NCBI GenBank assembly: GCA_043228905.1
Contig: JBHGNT010000006.1
Location: 3,038,001 to 3,102,000 of the forward strand
Direction: 5' to 3'
DNA from: Azolla caroliniana
Lineage: Eukaryota > Plantae > Polypodiophyta
DNA length: 64,000 bases
Position numbers and translations under genes: made by a program. Of this stretch, positions 45,501 through 57,542 are shown in pieces (within the stretch, counting starts at the first letter, position 1; each line of letters opens with the position of its first letter). The notes beneath the pieces were generated by a model. It was given only the letters and a program-made list of their open reading frames with translations, did not search any database and was not told where the DNA came from.

Positions 45501-48500
45501 GTGTTTTGAACTTCTTAAAGGGCAACAACACATCATACTCCCTTCCGACTAGTCCATGGAAATGAAGCAATTGTACTATCTTTTGGCACCCTGGTCCCTT
45601 ACCAAAAGCTTATATTGTTGTGAAGTGTGTGTTGCATGTGCGGGGGCAAGCAGAGAGGTGGCGATGAAGGAGGCAAAAGATACTTCGTAAGGATTGTTTT
45701 TGCCAAGTTAGGTTTCAAACTTGCGAACTTCGAGATAGATTAAATCATTTCCACCATTAGACCGTAACATATCCTTACATAAAGTTTGCTTTATGTATAT
45801 ATATTATATATACATAAAGCAAACTTTAATATATTTATATATATATATATATATATATAAGTATCAAATCATGACTCAAAACTCGTGAGTCATAACTCTA
45901 CATAAAACATATGCAAATAGAAACAAAGTGTGATTGTATTAATTGCATAATATGAACTTGCATCTTAGAAGTTAGATTTCAACGCTCCTTTTGAGAATTT
46001 TTGAGCCATGTTACTCTTTCATTCTCCTTGGCACATAGATATCGTTTTCTTTCTCTCTCCCCTTTTACATAATATGAGACACCTTTATATAAGGTCTCAC
46101 GTGCATTAAGGGCTAAGAGCATGTCACCACTTAGCAAACCACTTAGCATTGATGCCTTAGATGACGTACAATAATTATATTGACTAGATATTTAAGAATA
46201 TACTTTTCTAACATATGAAATAGTTATCTTAGTGATAGTTACATTCCTTCAAGGAAGAAGGGTGTTGAGTTTGAAACTTGCTCTTTGTGTTTATTTTAAA
46301 ATAAATAAATTACTTGCGTTGGAGATGGTTTCTCGTTCTGTGCCATTGGCAACATGACAATGTCTTTTCTCAAGTGTTCTTCTTGAGGACCACATTGACG
46401 TTCCTTTGTACCACCATCTACCTGTTTGTGGGCTAGACATGCAAGAGTGAGTGTCAATTGCTATCGAGCAGTAATGCTTGAACTAACAACTAATACAAAC
46501 TCTAATCATACTATACGACCTAATCACTTTCACAAGAAGAGATATTAACACGTTGGTAGGAACTAGTTCACATCATTTATCTTAATCCTCTTGTTTACCT
46601 TCATTTTCAAACGGCCTCCTCCACTTGAATTTCAAGCCTTCATACAACTTGCCTTTTTTGTGTTTTTCTCCCTTTGCAACAAGCCACATCACAACACTAC
46701 AAAAGGTAATGCTTCCATATTATGTTTTAACACTCAATATCTTCTCTTTCCTTGTATTTGAATTATATGAGAACCTTTCTAGTCGGAGAAAGAAAAGGCT
46801 ATGATTTTTGTGCAAGTGGAGGTTGATAAGACTAAGGAGATGTGGCAAATGAGATTCAATTAAGATTCTTCACAATATGTAAAATTTTATTTTTGAAGTT
46901 ATATGCATCTTCTCTTCTCTTCATCAATTTAGTTACGAAGAGAAGATGCATATAACTCTGTTCATCACCTTATGATTACTTGTCCATCAACAAAGAGTGT
47001 CCATTACCATGACGTTGAAAATTATGGTTGAAGAAACATTTGGCACTTAAATATGACTAAAACAAAATGTTGATGAACAAAAAGTAATCACTGAACGCAA
47101 TATAGCATATTGAAAAAAAAACAAACTAGTCGTTGTTTTTGAGAACCCTCAATATGAAGGGATTTTGACATCCAAAATTATTGTTGAAGAAACCTTGGGT
47201 ACTTAAATAATGGCCAAAGAAATGCACCATGACATATTTAAAAGACTAGTCAATCTTTTCGATAACCTCACTTAGAATGGATTATAAATCAAATTTCCTT
47301 TGTTTTTCTAATATAAGTTCAAATAGCCCTCAGATTACAGTATCTATCTATTTCTCTCCCTTAGAAAAAGTGGTCACGACCAAACTTTGATAGTGGAAAT
47401 CACACCTTGGTTTAATCTAAATATTTTTCCTAGACTTAGGTCAAACATTAATTTAGACATAATTTCACTACATGAATTATTACTCCTAAAACATGCATGC
47501 ATCGACATAAGATTGAGAGAGGTAAGCCACTTAAAAATCACTAAACTACACCTAAATTCTACACATAATCAACTTTAACACGTTTATATGCACGTGAATC
47601 TCACATTTTAGATATCTTTTAAGGTCTTCCCTTGTTTTATAGCTCAAAGATGATATACTCAAAAAAAGGATTGATACATACTTTTCAACATCTCATGAAT
47701 GTGTCCCCCCCGCCCCTCCCCAAATAAGTCCACATGTTACTTGTGTATTTCCGTAGAAAGACGACTTTGGATTAAAGACTCTATAATTATTTGATGGGTG
47801 CCAAAAGAGTGGCCCTTTTATCTACCAACTTTAATGGAAACGTCGTTGGTGCATAAATTAAGAGGCCATATATGTGTGGAATTCAACAAGGTTAGTGTCA
47901 ACAACTTGCATGATGAAAGCTTTATTTTCACAATATTTGGATGGTAAGAGTGACTTCATATAAAAAGAAGTGAGGATCATCATTAGGAGGATAGTTGCCC
48001 AATTGTTGACTTCGTGACCTTGTTAACTTCAGATAACCATTTGTTTCCATCATATATATTGTAGTGTGTGGCCTGTCAATGCTTTGATTAAAATTAATAA
48101 GTATTTTCCAAATTAAGTGGTAGAATACATTGTTTTCATATTGGTCAATGGTGGTTAATATAGCTTCATTAAACCATGTTTGTGGAAGGGGAACCTGTGA
48201 TTGTTACAATGCACACCTGAAAGATTAAAGAAATATTATTTTCCTTTTCCAATGGCTTTGACCAAGGGAATATTAGAGTAGAAGATAGATTAGGCATGGT
48301 CAATGGCCCTAGGTTTTTTGGACATGTAATTAGCTTCCCGTTTAAAATAATATCCTTGGTAATAATATGCATGTGATGTAATGATGAAAAGGAAGGAGTG
48401 GCAGTTTTGAAGGCATAAGCTATTAGAGACCCTTAAAGGAGAAGTAAGTATTTTTGGTGTAATTAGATGTGATGAAGAAGAAAGTATGTAGTATTTATGG

Positions 48501-49321
48501 AGCACTCCCATGGATAATTGTCAGATAAAGTAGTGAGGGCACAATATGGATGGAGCAATGGCAATCTATTGCCCTAACAAAGGCATCACACCAAGCTCGT
48601 TAATTGGATACTTCCAGGTTATAAACTGTAAATCTTGAAGTCTTATGCAAATACATACCATCACAAATAATTGTTCCATAAAGCAAGGTGAAAATTCGTG
48701 AGAGCTACTAGAGGTGTTCTCTCTCCAACTGAACTTCACTTTAGTTAGTTATTTGAAGCCATTGGATGGTAGCCACTACAATTAGCATTAAAACCAAACA
48801 CTAACATCTAGATCTCATATTCCCAATTATGACTAAGCATATGAGATAGGATAGATAGATAGATAGAGGGCCAACCGCAAAATAATCAATATTAAACCTC
48901 AAACAATATATCCATTTAGTTTTAATAAAATAGGTGGAGCTAGCTTTACAATTCAATCAAGCTAGTTATAAAAAAATGCACGATTGTTTCTTATTCTCAA
49001 ACTTTTCAAAGTAGGCTTCTCAAAACAACATAAATCCCCTCTATAATGCTAGAATTTAAATCACTACAAACAGCCATGCCAAGTGGACATTACACTGATG
49101 TGAAGAATTAACATTGTTGCTCCTAGTGACTATTTTGACATAGACGTAAGATACAATGTTGGCTCAATTTTTCATGTTTCCGTAGCATGTATGTGACATG
49201 CGAATTTCCTACCATCGAATACATCGCCTTGCTCTAACGATTTAAAAAAATAACATTTTAGCAGCAATAGGGTATTCTCAACCCAGGTAAACTATTCTCG
49301 TTAAGGTGACATATTATGGCT

Positions 49322-49578
49322 CATAGTATGAACCATAGGTACCATACGTGCATTCGCGAAAGAAAAATACCCTCAAAGAATGATAAATACCATTCTTTTG
49401 GATTAACTATTTATTATGAGGTAGATAAGCCTAAAAATGAAAAAAAAACAAAAAAACATTAAAAAAATAGGGAAAAAACAAAAAAAAAACACAAGAATGT
49501 TTCGATAACATTCGCATTTGTTTTCCAACGTAGGAAAATGAATGTTATACTAGACGAACACGAATTTTACGTACTATG
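49322..49578. mobile_element. hAT-type MITE (257 bp)
   Basis: TIRs CATAGTATG / CGTACTATG. Perfect 8-bp TSD TTATGGCT at 49314-49321 and 49579-49586; an 8-bp TSD is characteristic of hAT. Confidence 0.8.
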
Positions 49579-49954
49579 TTATGGCTAGTGTCGAGGACTT
49601 ACAGATTATGAGGTTGGGTGGTATTGGGAGGACAAAAGCAAACATGGAATAGGCGTGGTTACGATAAAAGTGGGTTGGGGATGTCAATGTTAGCCCCACC
49701 TTTCTCTATAGTGTTGAAAATGATGAGGTTCTGCTACAAGCAAGGTGATGATCCCCCCCACCCCTTTCCCGCCCAATGAGCCCAAGCATACCAGTAGGGA
49801 AGAATGCTCGAGCGGGAAACCAAAAAGCTAGCAATGTTAGCCAAAAGTCGCTTGAAGCTCGCATGTGGAAGTTGATATAACAATGGATATTGGATGGTCA
49901 TCGAAGGGTCTGTGTATAAGGCGCCGGAATCTGGAAGGCACAAGGATGAATAGG

Positions 49955-49962
<8 letters not shown>

Positions 49963-50023
<61 letters not shown>

Positions 50024-50099
50024 GGGGGTTGGAGCGAGCACACCGTCGATACATAAGTGCCGTGAGGACGGACACTCTCCGAGAGGGAGAGAGAGAGAA

Positions 50100-50140
<41 letters not shown>

Positions 50141-50379
50141 GTGTGTGTGTGTGTGTGTGGGAGAGTGATGAAGCCTTCTCTCTCTCTCTCTCTATGGAGT
50201 CTTCCTCATCCTCTGTGTGTGCTGGCTGACCTGACACTGACCGTTTGTGTACACGTAGTGAAGAGAGAGAGAGAGAGAGAGAGAGAGACCTAAACAAATG
50301 TCCATTGAGAGAGACAGAGAGAGAGAAGAAGAAGAAGAAGAAGAAGAAGAAGAAGAAGAAGGAAAACAGAGGAGAGGAG

Positions 50380-50412
<33 letters not shown>

Positions 50413-50714
50413 TATGATTGATTGTATGAGAGAGATATAAATAAGCAACCCAAAAAAGAAACAGAGCTGCAGAGAGAGACACAGGGAGAGAAAGAGGGAG
50501 CTCGGTCAAAAAGGGTCGACGTAGCCTACCTTATATCCTTTCCTTTTTTTCGTTTTACACCTCTTCCTTCCTCCCTCCCTCCCTCCTTCCTTCAAACCCT
50601 AACCCTTCCATCTGCATATCCTGTCCCTAACCCTAACCCTAACCCTAACCCTAACCCTTACCCTTACCCTAATTCAATTAGCTCATATACCCCTGCCCCA
50701 TCCTCTCCAAAACA

Positions 50715-50750
<36 letters not shown>
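49963..50750. repeat. Microsatellite cluster upstream of SBH: (GA)n, (GT)n, (CT)n, (AAG)n, (ATC)n, (CCCTAA)n, (CA)n
   Basis: Directly visible simple repeats. Confidence 0.95.
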
Positions 50751-50753
<3 letters not shown>

Positions 50754-50780
50754 CCATATATATCCAAACATCCATCCATC

Positions 50781-52562
50781 ATGGTGTTTTGGGAGCCTTT
50801 CATTAGTGATGAATTGATGGGAGCTCTCGCACCGGTCCTCGTCTACTGGCTCTACTCCGGATTCTATCACTTCCTTGAACCTGTGGATCGATACCGCATG
50901 CATTCCCGCAAAGAAGAAGAGCTGCGGAACCTTGTGTCTCCATCGTCCGTCATTGTGGGGGTTCTACTTCAACAAGCAATTCAAGCTGTAGTAGCCATCT
51001 TCTTGTTCATGGTAAGCTTCTTCTACACCGACATATGAGCATGCCCATGCCGATTCATTTATATACATACGAGACATACATCCTTAATGGACATCATATT
51101 TACATCCATATACACACATGCATACATGATACATACATACGATACTAAACCACCAAACCATACTACGCATACCTATATATCACTCCATACATGCATCCAT
51201 ATCATAATATACATACATGTATGCAACACATGATCCTAATCGGAAACTTCCTGTCCCTGCCTGTATATATAATGCTTCTTTCTTCTTAATTTACTAAGAA
51301 AATGTTAGTGTGAATAATGTTAACTAATGTTAATGTTAATTTTATCTGCGATATATGTACATAAGCATGCTGCAATGGCAATCTTTATCAGAGCCATATT
51401 GCTGGGTCTATTTGTCATTAAAAATGAAACATAAGTACTAAATTGCTTTGAAAAAACAGGGAAATTTGTTCATATATGTGTTGACTGTTGAGAAGAAACA
51501 TAAATATGAATTCCAATTGAGAAAACAAGGAAAGATTCAGGAAGTATTTATGGACTTGGGGATTCTCTTGAGACAAGTAACATGAGTATGCAGGAATTCC
51601 TTGGTGAATTTCTGTTGCTCTCCCAGAAAATAGAAAAATGAATTTTTTCTCAATATATAGTATCTTGGGTTTGCAGAATTCCAGTTGTTGAGGAACAAAA
51701 AAACAACGGGCATCTCAATTAAGTAACATGGGTTTGTAGTCATTCCTATCCCGTTTACGGAAACTGAAATCAATCACAGTTTCAATCAGGAAAAGCAATA
51801 AATGTATCTGAATTTCGTTCAAAGAAAACTATGAAGTTTCAATTTCTCAAAGTTTGAAACAAATGTAGCCAGTCAAATATTTGCAAATAGGTGAATTTGA
51901 TGCCTTTGATCAAATATTTTGTTTTGTATTTAGAAGATTGATATTTTGATCTTAATTCAAAGGAGGCTGTCCTTTATATGATGAACTAATGAAGGAATTT
52001 TGTATGTGGTTTCCAGGTTACAGGATCCGATTCGACCACAAATTCTGTGCAACCATCGGTGCCAACTCAACTTGGTCAGTGTTTCGTGGCAATGTTGATT
52101 ATGGACACATGGCAATACTTTGTGCATAGGTACATGCATCACAACAAGTTCTTATATAGGCATATTCATTCGAAACACCATAAACTGGTAGTTCCATATG
52201 CCTTTGGAGCTCTATACAATCACCCGTTGGAAGGGTTGTTACTCGACACACTAGGTGGTGCCATCTGTTTCCTAATGTCCGGGATGACCCCAAGAACGGC
52301 TGTTTTCTTCTTCTGCTTCGCCACGATAAAGACTGTGGATGACCATTGTGGACTATGGCTGCCTGGAAACCCTTTCCACATGCTTTTCCATAACAACTCG
52401 GCTTACCATGATATTCACCATCAGCTTTATGGCGCAAAGTACAATTTCTCACAACCATTTTTCGTTGTATGGGATAAGCTTCTTGGAACTTACATGCCTT
52501 ACAAACTAGAAGAGAGGGCTGAAGGGGGTCTGGAGGCGCGGCCAGCAAAGGAATTTAGCTAA
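50781..52562 (+). CDS. SBH: Sphinganine C4-monooxygenase (sphingoid base hydroxylase), two exons 50781-51011 and 52017-52562, 258 aa
   Basis: ISDELMGALAPVLVYWLYSG N-terminus. His boxes HRYMH, HSKHH and HDIHH. YAFGALYNHPLEG and NFSQPFF motifs. GT-AG phase-0 intron joins the exons in frame. Confidence 0.93.
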
Positions 52563-55500
52563 ACGTGAGTACCGTCGATGTAAAAATGAACAGTAACATC
52601 GTTTTAGTGAATGCTTGCACCCATGCTTGGAAGTTGAACTCTTGGCACCGCAGGTCTTCACACATGAATAGCCTCTTATAGTCAGGGGATCCATTCCTGC
52701 TCAACATCTTCATGAAAAATATTATATATCCAAAGTTCTCCGACTTCAGTTTTTCTTCTGAAGGATTATTCCTTTTTAAGTATGGAGACGACGTATATAC
52801 ATACATACATACATACATACATACATACATACTTACATACATACATACAAGGAAACAAATACGCAATTTCTTTTGTTGTATTAGATATTGAAAAAAAGGA
52901 CAAGACGTATTTTAGCGTTTATTCGTTTTAGCTCATGTTGGCTTCCATGAGGCCCAAGAGCTTTCATGTGGCTTACGACTTTGTATTGATGTATAATGAA
53001 GGTGGGACTGCCTCTGTCATGTATATAATACATGCTTAATTCAACACTGTTTTTGCCAATGCTTTGATGCCAACTCAATTGTGTCCTTCAACAATTTCAT
53101 ATTTACTATGTTGCTTGACTTAACAGCTAGTTTGAATTCCAAGCATGATGTTTTTCGACAGAAATGGTATCATATCCATTCTAGTTATGAGAACTAAGGT
53201 CCTGTAAGTCCGCTAAAGTGATGCATGTCATAGAAATGATAACACATGCATTCTAGTTGTAAGTGCTAAGGCTCCTTCGAGTCCAAGAAGCCTCTACTTT
53301 CGAATCTCAACATTATCCTTAACAAGTACATGACCTCTTTACACTTTTTTGACATCATCCATACAGGCAAGTGAACAAGTTATTTATACCTATGTGATCT
53401 CTCTACACTTTTTTGACATTATCTTCACAGGCAAGTGAACCTAGTTAGAGTTTCTTGTCAGATATCTCGTGTTGTGATTGTCATGTATCAGAAAAAGAAC
53501 CTTTAGTTGAAGCAAAAGGTAGAAGTTTATTTGTAAAAAGAAAAGTTCGCGTGAAAGAAGTTTAAACTCAATCCAAGCTTGACATACGTGTGAGGCCCCG
53601 TTGATTATTTCGTAGCTAACTGAGGTCAAGGTGATTATATTCCTAAACATTTCTTTAGAAAATTGAGCAAATAAACTTTAAACGAATTAAGATGTTTTTG
53701 TTGAGCTTCATTCTTGGAAATGTTAGGAATTTGAATTCTTAAGAAGATGGAAAATGGATAGGGGACCATGTCAATTTTTTTTTGAGAGAATGGATCATCA
53801 ATAAAGAGAACGGGTTTCATATTTCTAATAATTTTGTAATTTGTGCGACGTTATTATTTTTCCCATTTGGTTGAATTTGTTTTCAAACGTTTGTTCCTTC
53901 CCTTTGTCTGGTACAATTTTCACTATAAAGAGTTAATACATCGCCATTCTCCATTTTCTATGCAAATGTTTCTGAGGTCTAGTGTTTGTTAGATTTATAT
54001 GTATCAAATGGTTGGTTATTTGTCATAATCATCACTTGCTTCATCTATCAAGTCCATCACCTTCTTGTTCATAAGTTGTTGCACAATTTTACCATGCCCA
54101 ACGTATATCACCTCCTTGTTTATGTTTCTAGGTTTTCATAATTTTTTCACATGTTTCAATAATAGGGAATATGAAAATGTATGGAGTGGAGGAGGACTCT
54201 CCACAATTTAGATGAGGTATTTTCCTCATCTTATATTAGGTGGAATGATAATACATTAATACAATACAACCAAGGATATAAAATTTGATAATGGTAACAC
54301 TAACTATCATCGAATTTTTCAACGTTATAAATTATCCGTAAATGGTCTTGAGAGTTGACAACAAGTGCTATTGTCGTAATCTAAATTACTTTGAAATGTT
54401 CATGCAAATTAAACAGCACGCAAAACAAAACAAAATGTGTTTTTGAAAGACAAAATGCATTTTCTTCTTTAAAAGAGTGAGGCACCTAGGTGTTATGATC
54501 TATCTAACCTAACATCTCCCCATTTACTTTTGACCCAAACATACAAATAAGGTTCACACATTTTATCTTGCAAGCAAATGTAATAGAATGAGAAAAAGGA
54601 ACATGCAAATATACCCCTAGTAATTTTGTCAACCAAAATGCCTATGAATTTGAATTAGGCTTAATAGGTGTGCACTTAAGCATAATTTTAGTGATCTTAA
54701 AATTATTTTAGGTTGCCGACAGTGAGACTAATTAATAGTCCATTAGTAGAGCCATTATTTAGTTTTGATGGATCATTTTCTTATGGAGATATCAAGCATG
54801 AAATGGAACATGTCATGGGCCATGGCTTTCCTTTTGCTGAACACATTCAGATATGTGAGTTTTTGGATAAGATGTTGAGCTGTATGTATTGTAAGTTGAG
54901 CTACAAAGTTGTTGTGCATTATTTCCTTGTCGTTTTCCATAATAATAATAAATTCGTCGTGCATGGAACAAGTCATTTTGATATAGAAAACCTTAGGAAA
55001 ACGAAAAATGGTGTAAATGTTATGTGGAGAAATTATAATGGAATTGTTGGCGCTTTTACATAGTTGGCAACTTTTTAGTCATTCTTTTCAATAATAGAGC
55101 ATTCTACTTTCTTTCTTTCTTTGTATCTTTCTTTTTTCAAAAAAGCATTCTACATTTTTTAATGTGGTTGGGTAATAGATGCAAGTCAATGATACACATC
55201 AAGACTCTTGACAACATATACACAATCTTGTAAAACCAAAAGACGTGGCACTTGAGAATGACTTGTATATCTTAAGAGTGAGTTAAACATAGCCATTAGC
55301 TAATCTCCTAATTCATTAGGGCACAAAAACATCAACCTACTTAGGTGGTTTTGCAAAGAGATGATCCATCAAATTCAAAGGACTCCAATATAGCTCAACT
55401 TGTTTCTTTTTAAGAATATTGTTTCTCCTCAACTCTTTTGTATTACATAATCTAAGAGTTCTAAATATCAAAGCATATGAAACTATCACAAACATTATTG

Positions 55501-57542
55501 CACTTTCTATAGTCAACCTTTGATTTTCTTATGCATCCATCACCAATGTATAGATTGAACATAATCAATGAGATTGATAAAAAGACAAATTGCTCAAATT
55601 TGCCTTAAAATATATTATTATCAACCCTCTTGCATTCATTGAAGTATTGCAATAGAGTTGACAAACTTGTAATCTTAAAGCATAGAAAAGTCTCACAAAC
55701 CCTCTACACATTGCCTATAGCCAACTTCTTGCTTATCTTCCTAGACAATGTACAATTTCCCCATCATCATTAGTGTCCTCAAATGAATTATATTTTGTGC
55801 GCAATAATGATGTCCAATTATAGATATTACATGAACATTGCAATTAGTCTATCTCTCTAAAGCATTTCTACCAACCAAGAAATCTGATTGCATAATTGCA
55901 ATGCCAAAGCATTCAATGTGGATTTCAACAAGAGTATCAACAACAAATGAACATTTGTATCCAATATTTATGTAGTTTTTCTTGGTTGCTTCATTTTGTT
56001 AATAAAATGAGCACATGAACTTCTTGGTTGTCATACAATACAGTGAATGGCTTACCCAAAGTACAACTTCTATAATAGATCATTTTTTAACTAGAGTGCA
56101 CTATAGTCCGATTATTGATGAAATCAAACAGAAATAATGATTGAGTTATAATTATCTATTTCTATGAACCTGGATATTGCAATGCCTATGAAATGATGCA
56201 TTTAACCAAGAAAGAACCACATAAATATTGGATACAAATGTGGGAGGTGGATACATATAGTTAGACCCTATAAATCAAAAAAATAAACTATTGCGCACTT
56301 TATATATATATATATATATATATATACATGCATCCGTATGTATTAAGAATGGACGAATTGCTAAAAAGATAAAATGCAAGCATTATCACATTGGTATTAC
56401 CACACTACTTTCATCTGGAGTTGGCGTCATCCTTCAGTTCCCCAAACATTTATCATAGATTAGTCATAAATTATTAGATTTATGCAGACAATGACATTAT
56501 GGGCTTAGATTAATGTACAATCTTGTGTTCAAATGCCAATTACTCTGGACTGAATAGAAGGCAACATTGGGGATAGCTTTCTTTTGAGCTTTATGGGTAA
56601 TTCTTGGAACTTCAATTCCTGTTTCAAGATGTTTTGAGCAATGCCAGATCATGTTTTGAGCAACTATATGTGCATATACTTAAATGGGGAAAATGTTAAT
56701 CCTGATGCAGATACTAGTAAAGATATCAATGGGCAGTGTGTTCAACAATGCATGCAAAAATCTTAACATCATCGAGAAGTGTGAAAATATGGAGTCTCAT
56801 GTACGACTCATGAGTGGTCCCAGATTCCAAGGTAAGTTACTCTGATTGGCATAATTATTGTTCATAAGATAGTGATCTTACATTAATGAAGTAGATACTG
56901 ACTGGAATAACTTTGATCACCTCAAATATCATGAACTTGTACCTTGGCTAATCGACTTGTACTTGAACCACAAAAGCCTCCATCAAGGTCCCTGGCTCTA
57001 CACAATGGTACGCATGTACTGTGAGATTGTAGTACTCCACAATACAAGGAGACAATGCATGCATGCTTCACACACTCTTTCTCTCTCATTGTACCTTTTC
57101 TCCATGAATCTAGGTATGATGTAAAGTTTATAAGAACTGGAAAGAGGAGATAGACTGAGCGTAGGTATTTTAAAACAGTTTGAATGACATGATAAATAAG
57201 ATGGTTAAAGATACCTATCGTACAAAAAAATTTACATCCTCATACAAATTTAAATGATTATCCCCCCCCAACCCAAAATATTCCAAAATGAAGAGATATT
57301 AAACCATCGGTGATCTGCTGAAAAGAAGGTTTTAGTCTTCTAAATATACACTGTACATTGACCAAGAAAATCCCTCAACAGAATGTTAAAAACTGATACT
57401 ACCACTATGAAGTTGCAGCTTGGAGTTCTTCTGTATCTGTGGCTTCATTTTCAGCTTCCACAAATGAAACCAAAGAGACTGAGGTCACTTCGTTACTGAC
57501 CAACAAAATACCTCAACAGAACATACAAATCTGCCACAACCA

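Noticed and set aside
49734-50817. 225-aa and 131-aa ORFs upstream of SBH
   Set aside because: They are translations of microsatellites (poly-M, poly-F, SL, TH runs).
54713-55900. 116-aa ORF and nearby possible F-box/LRR-like remnants
   Set aside because: No motif I can identify with confidence; a translated search would be needed.
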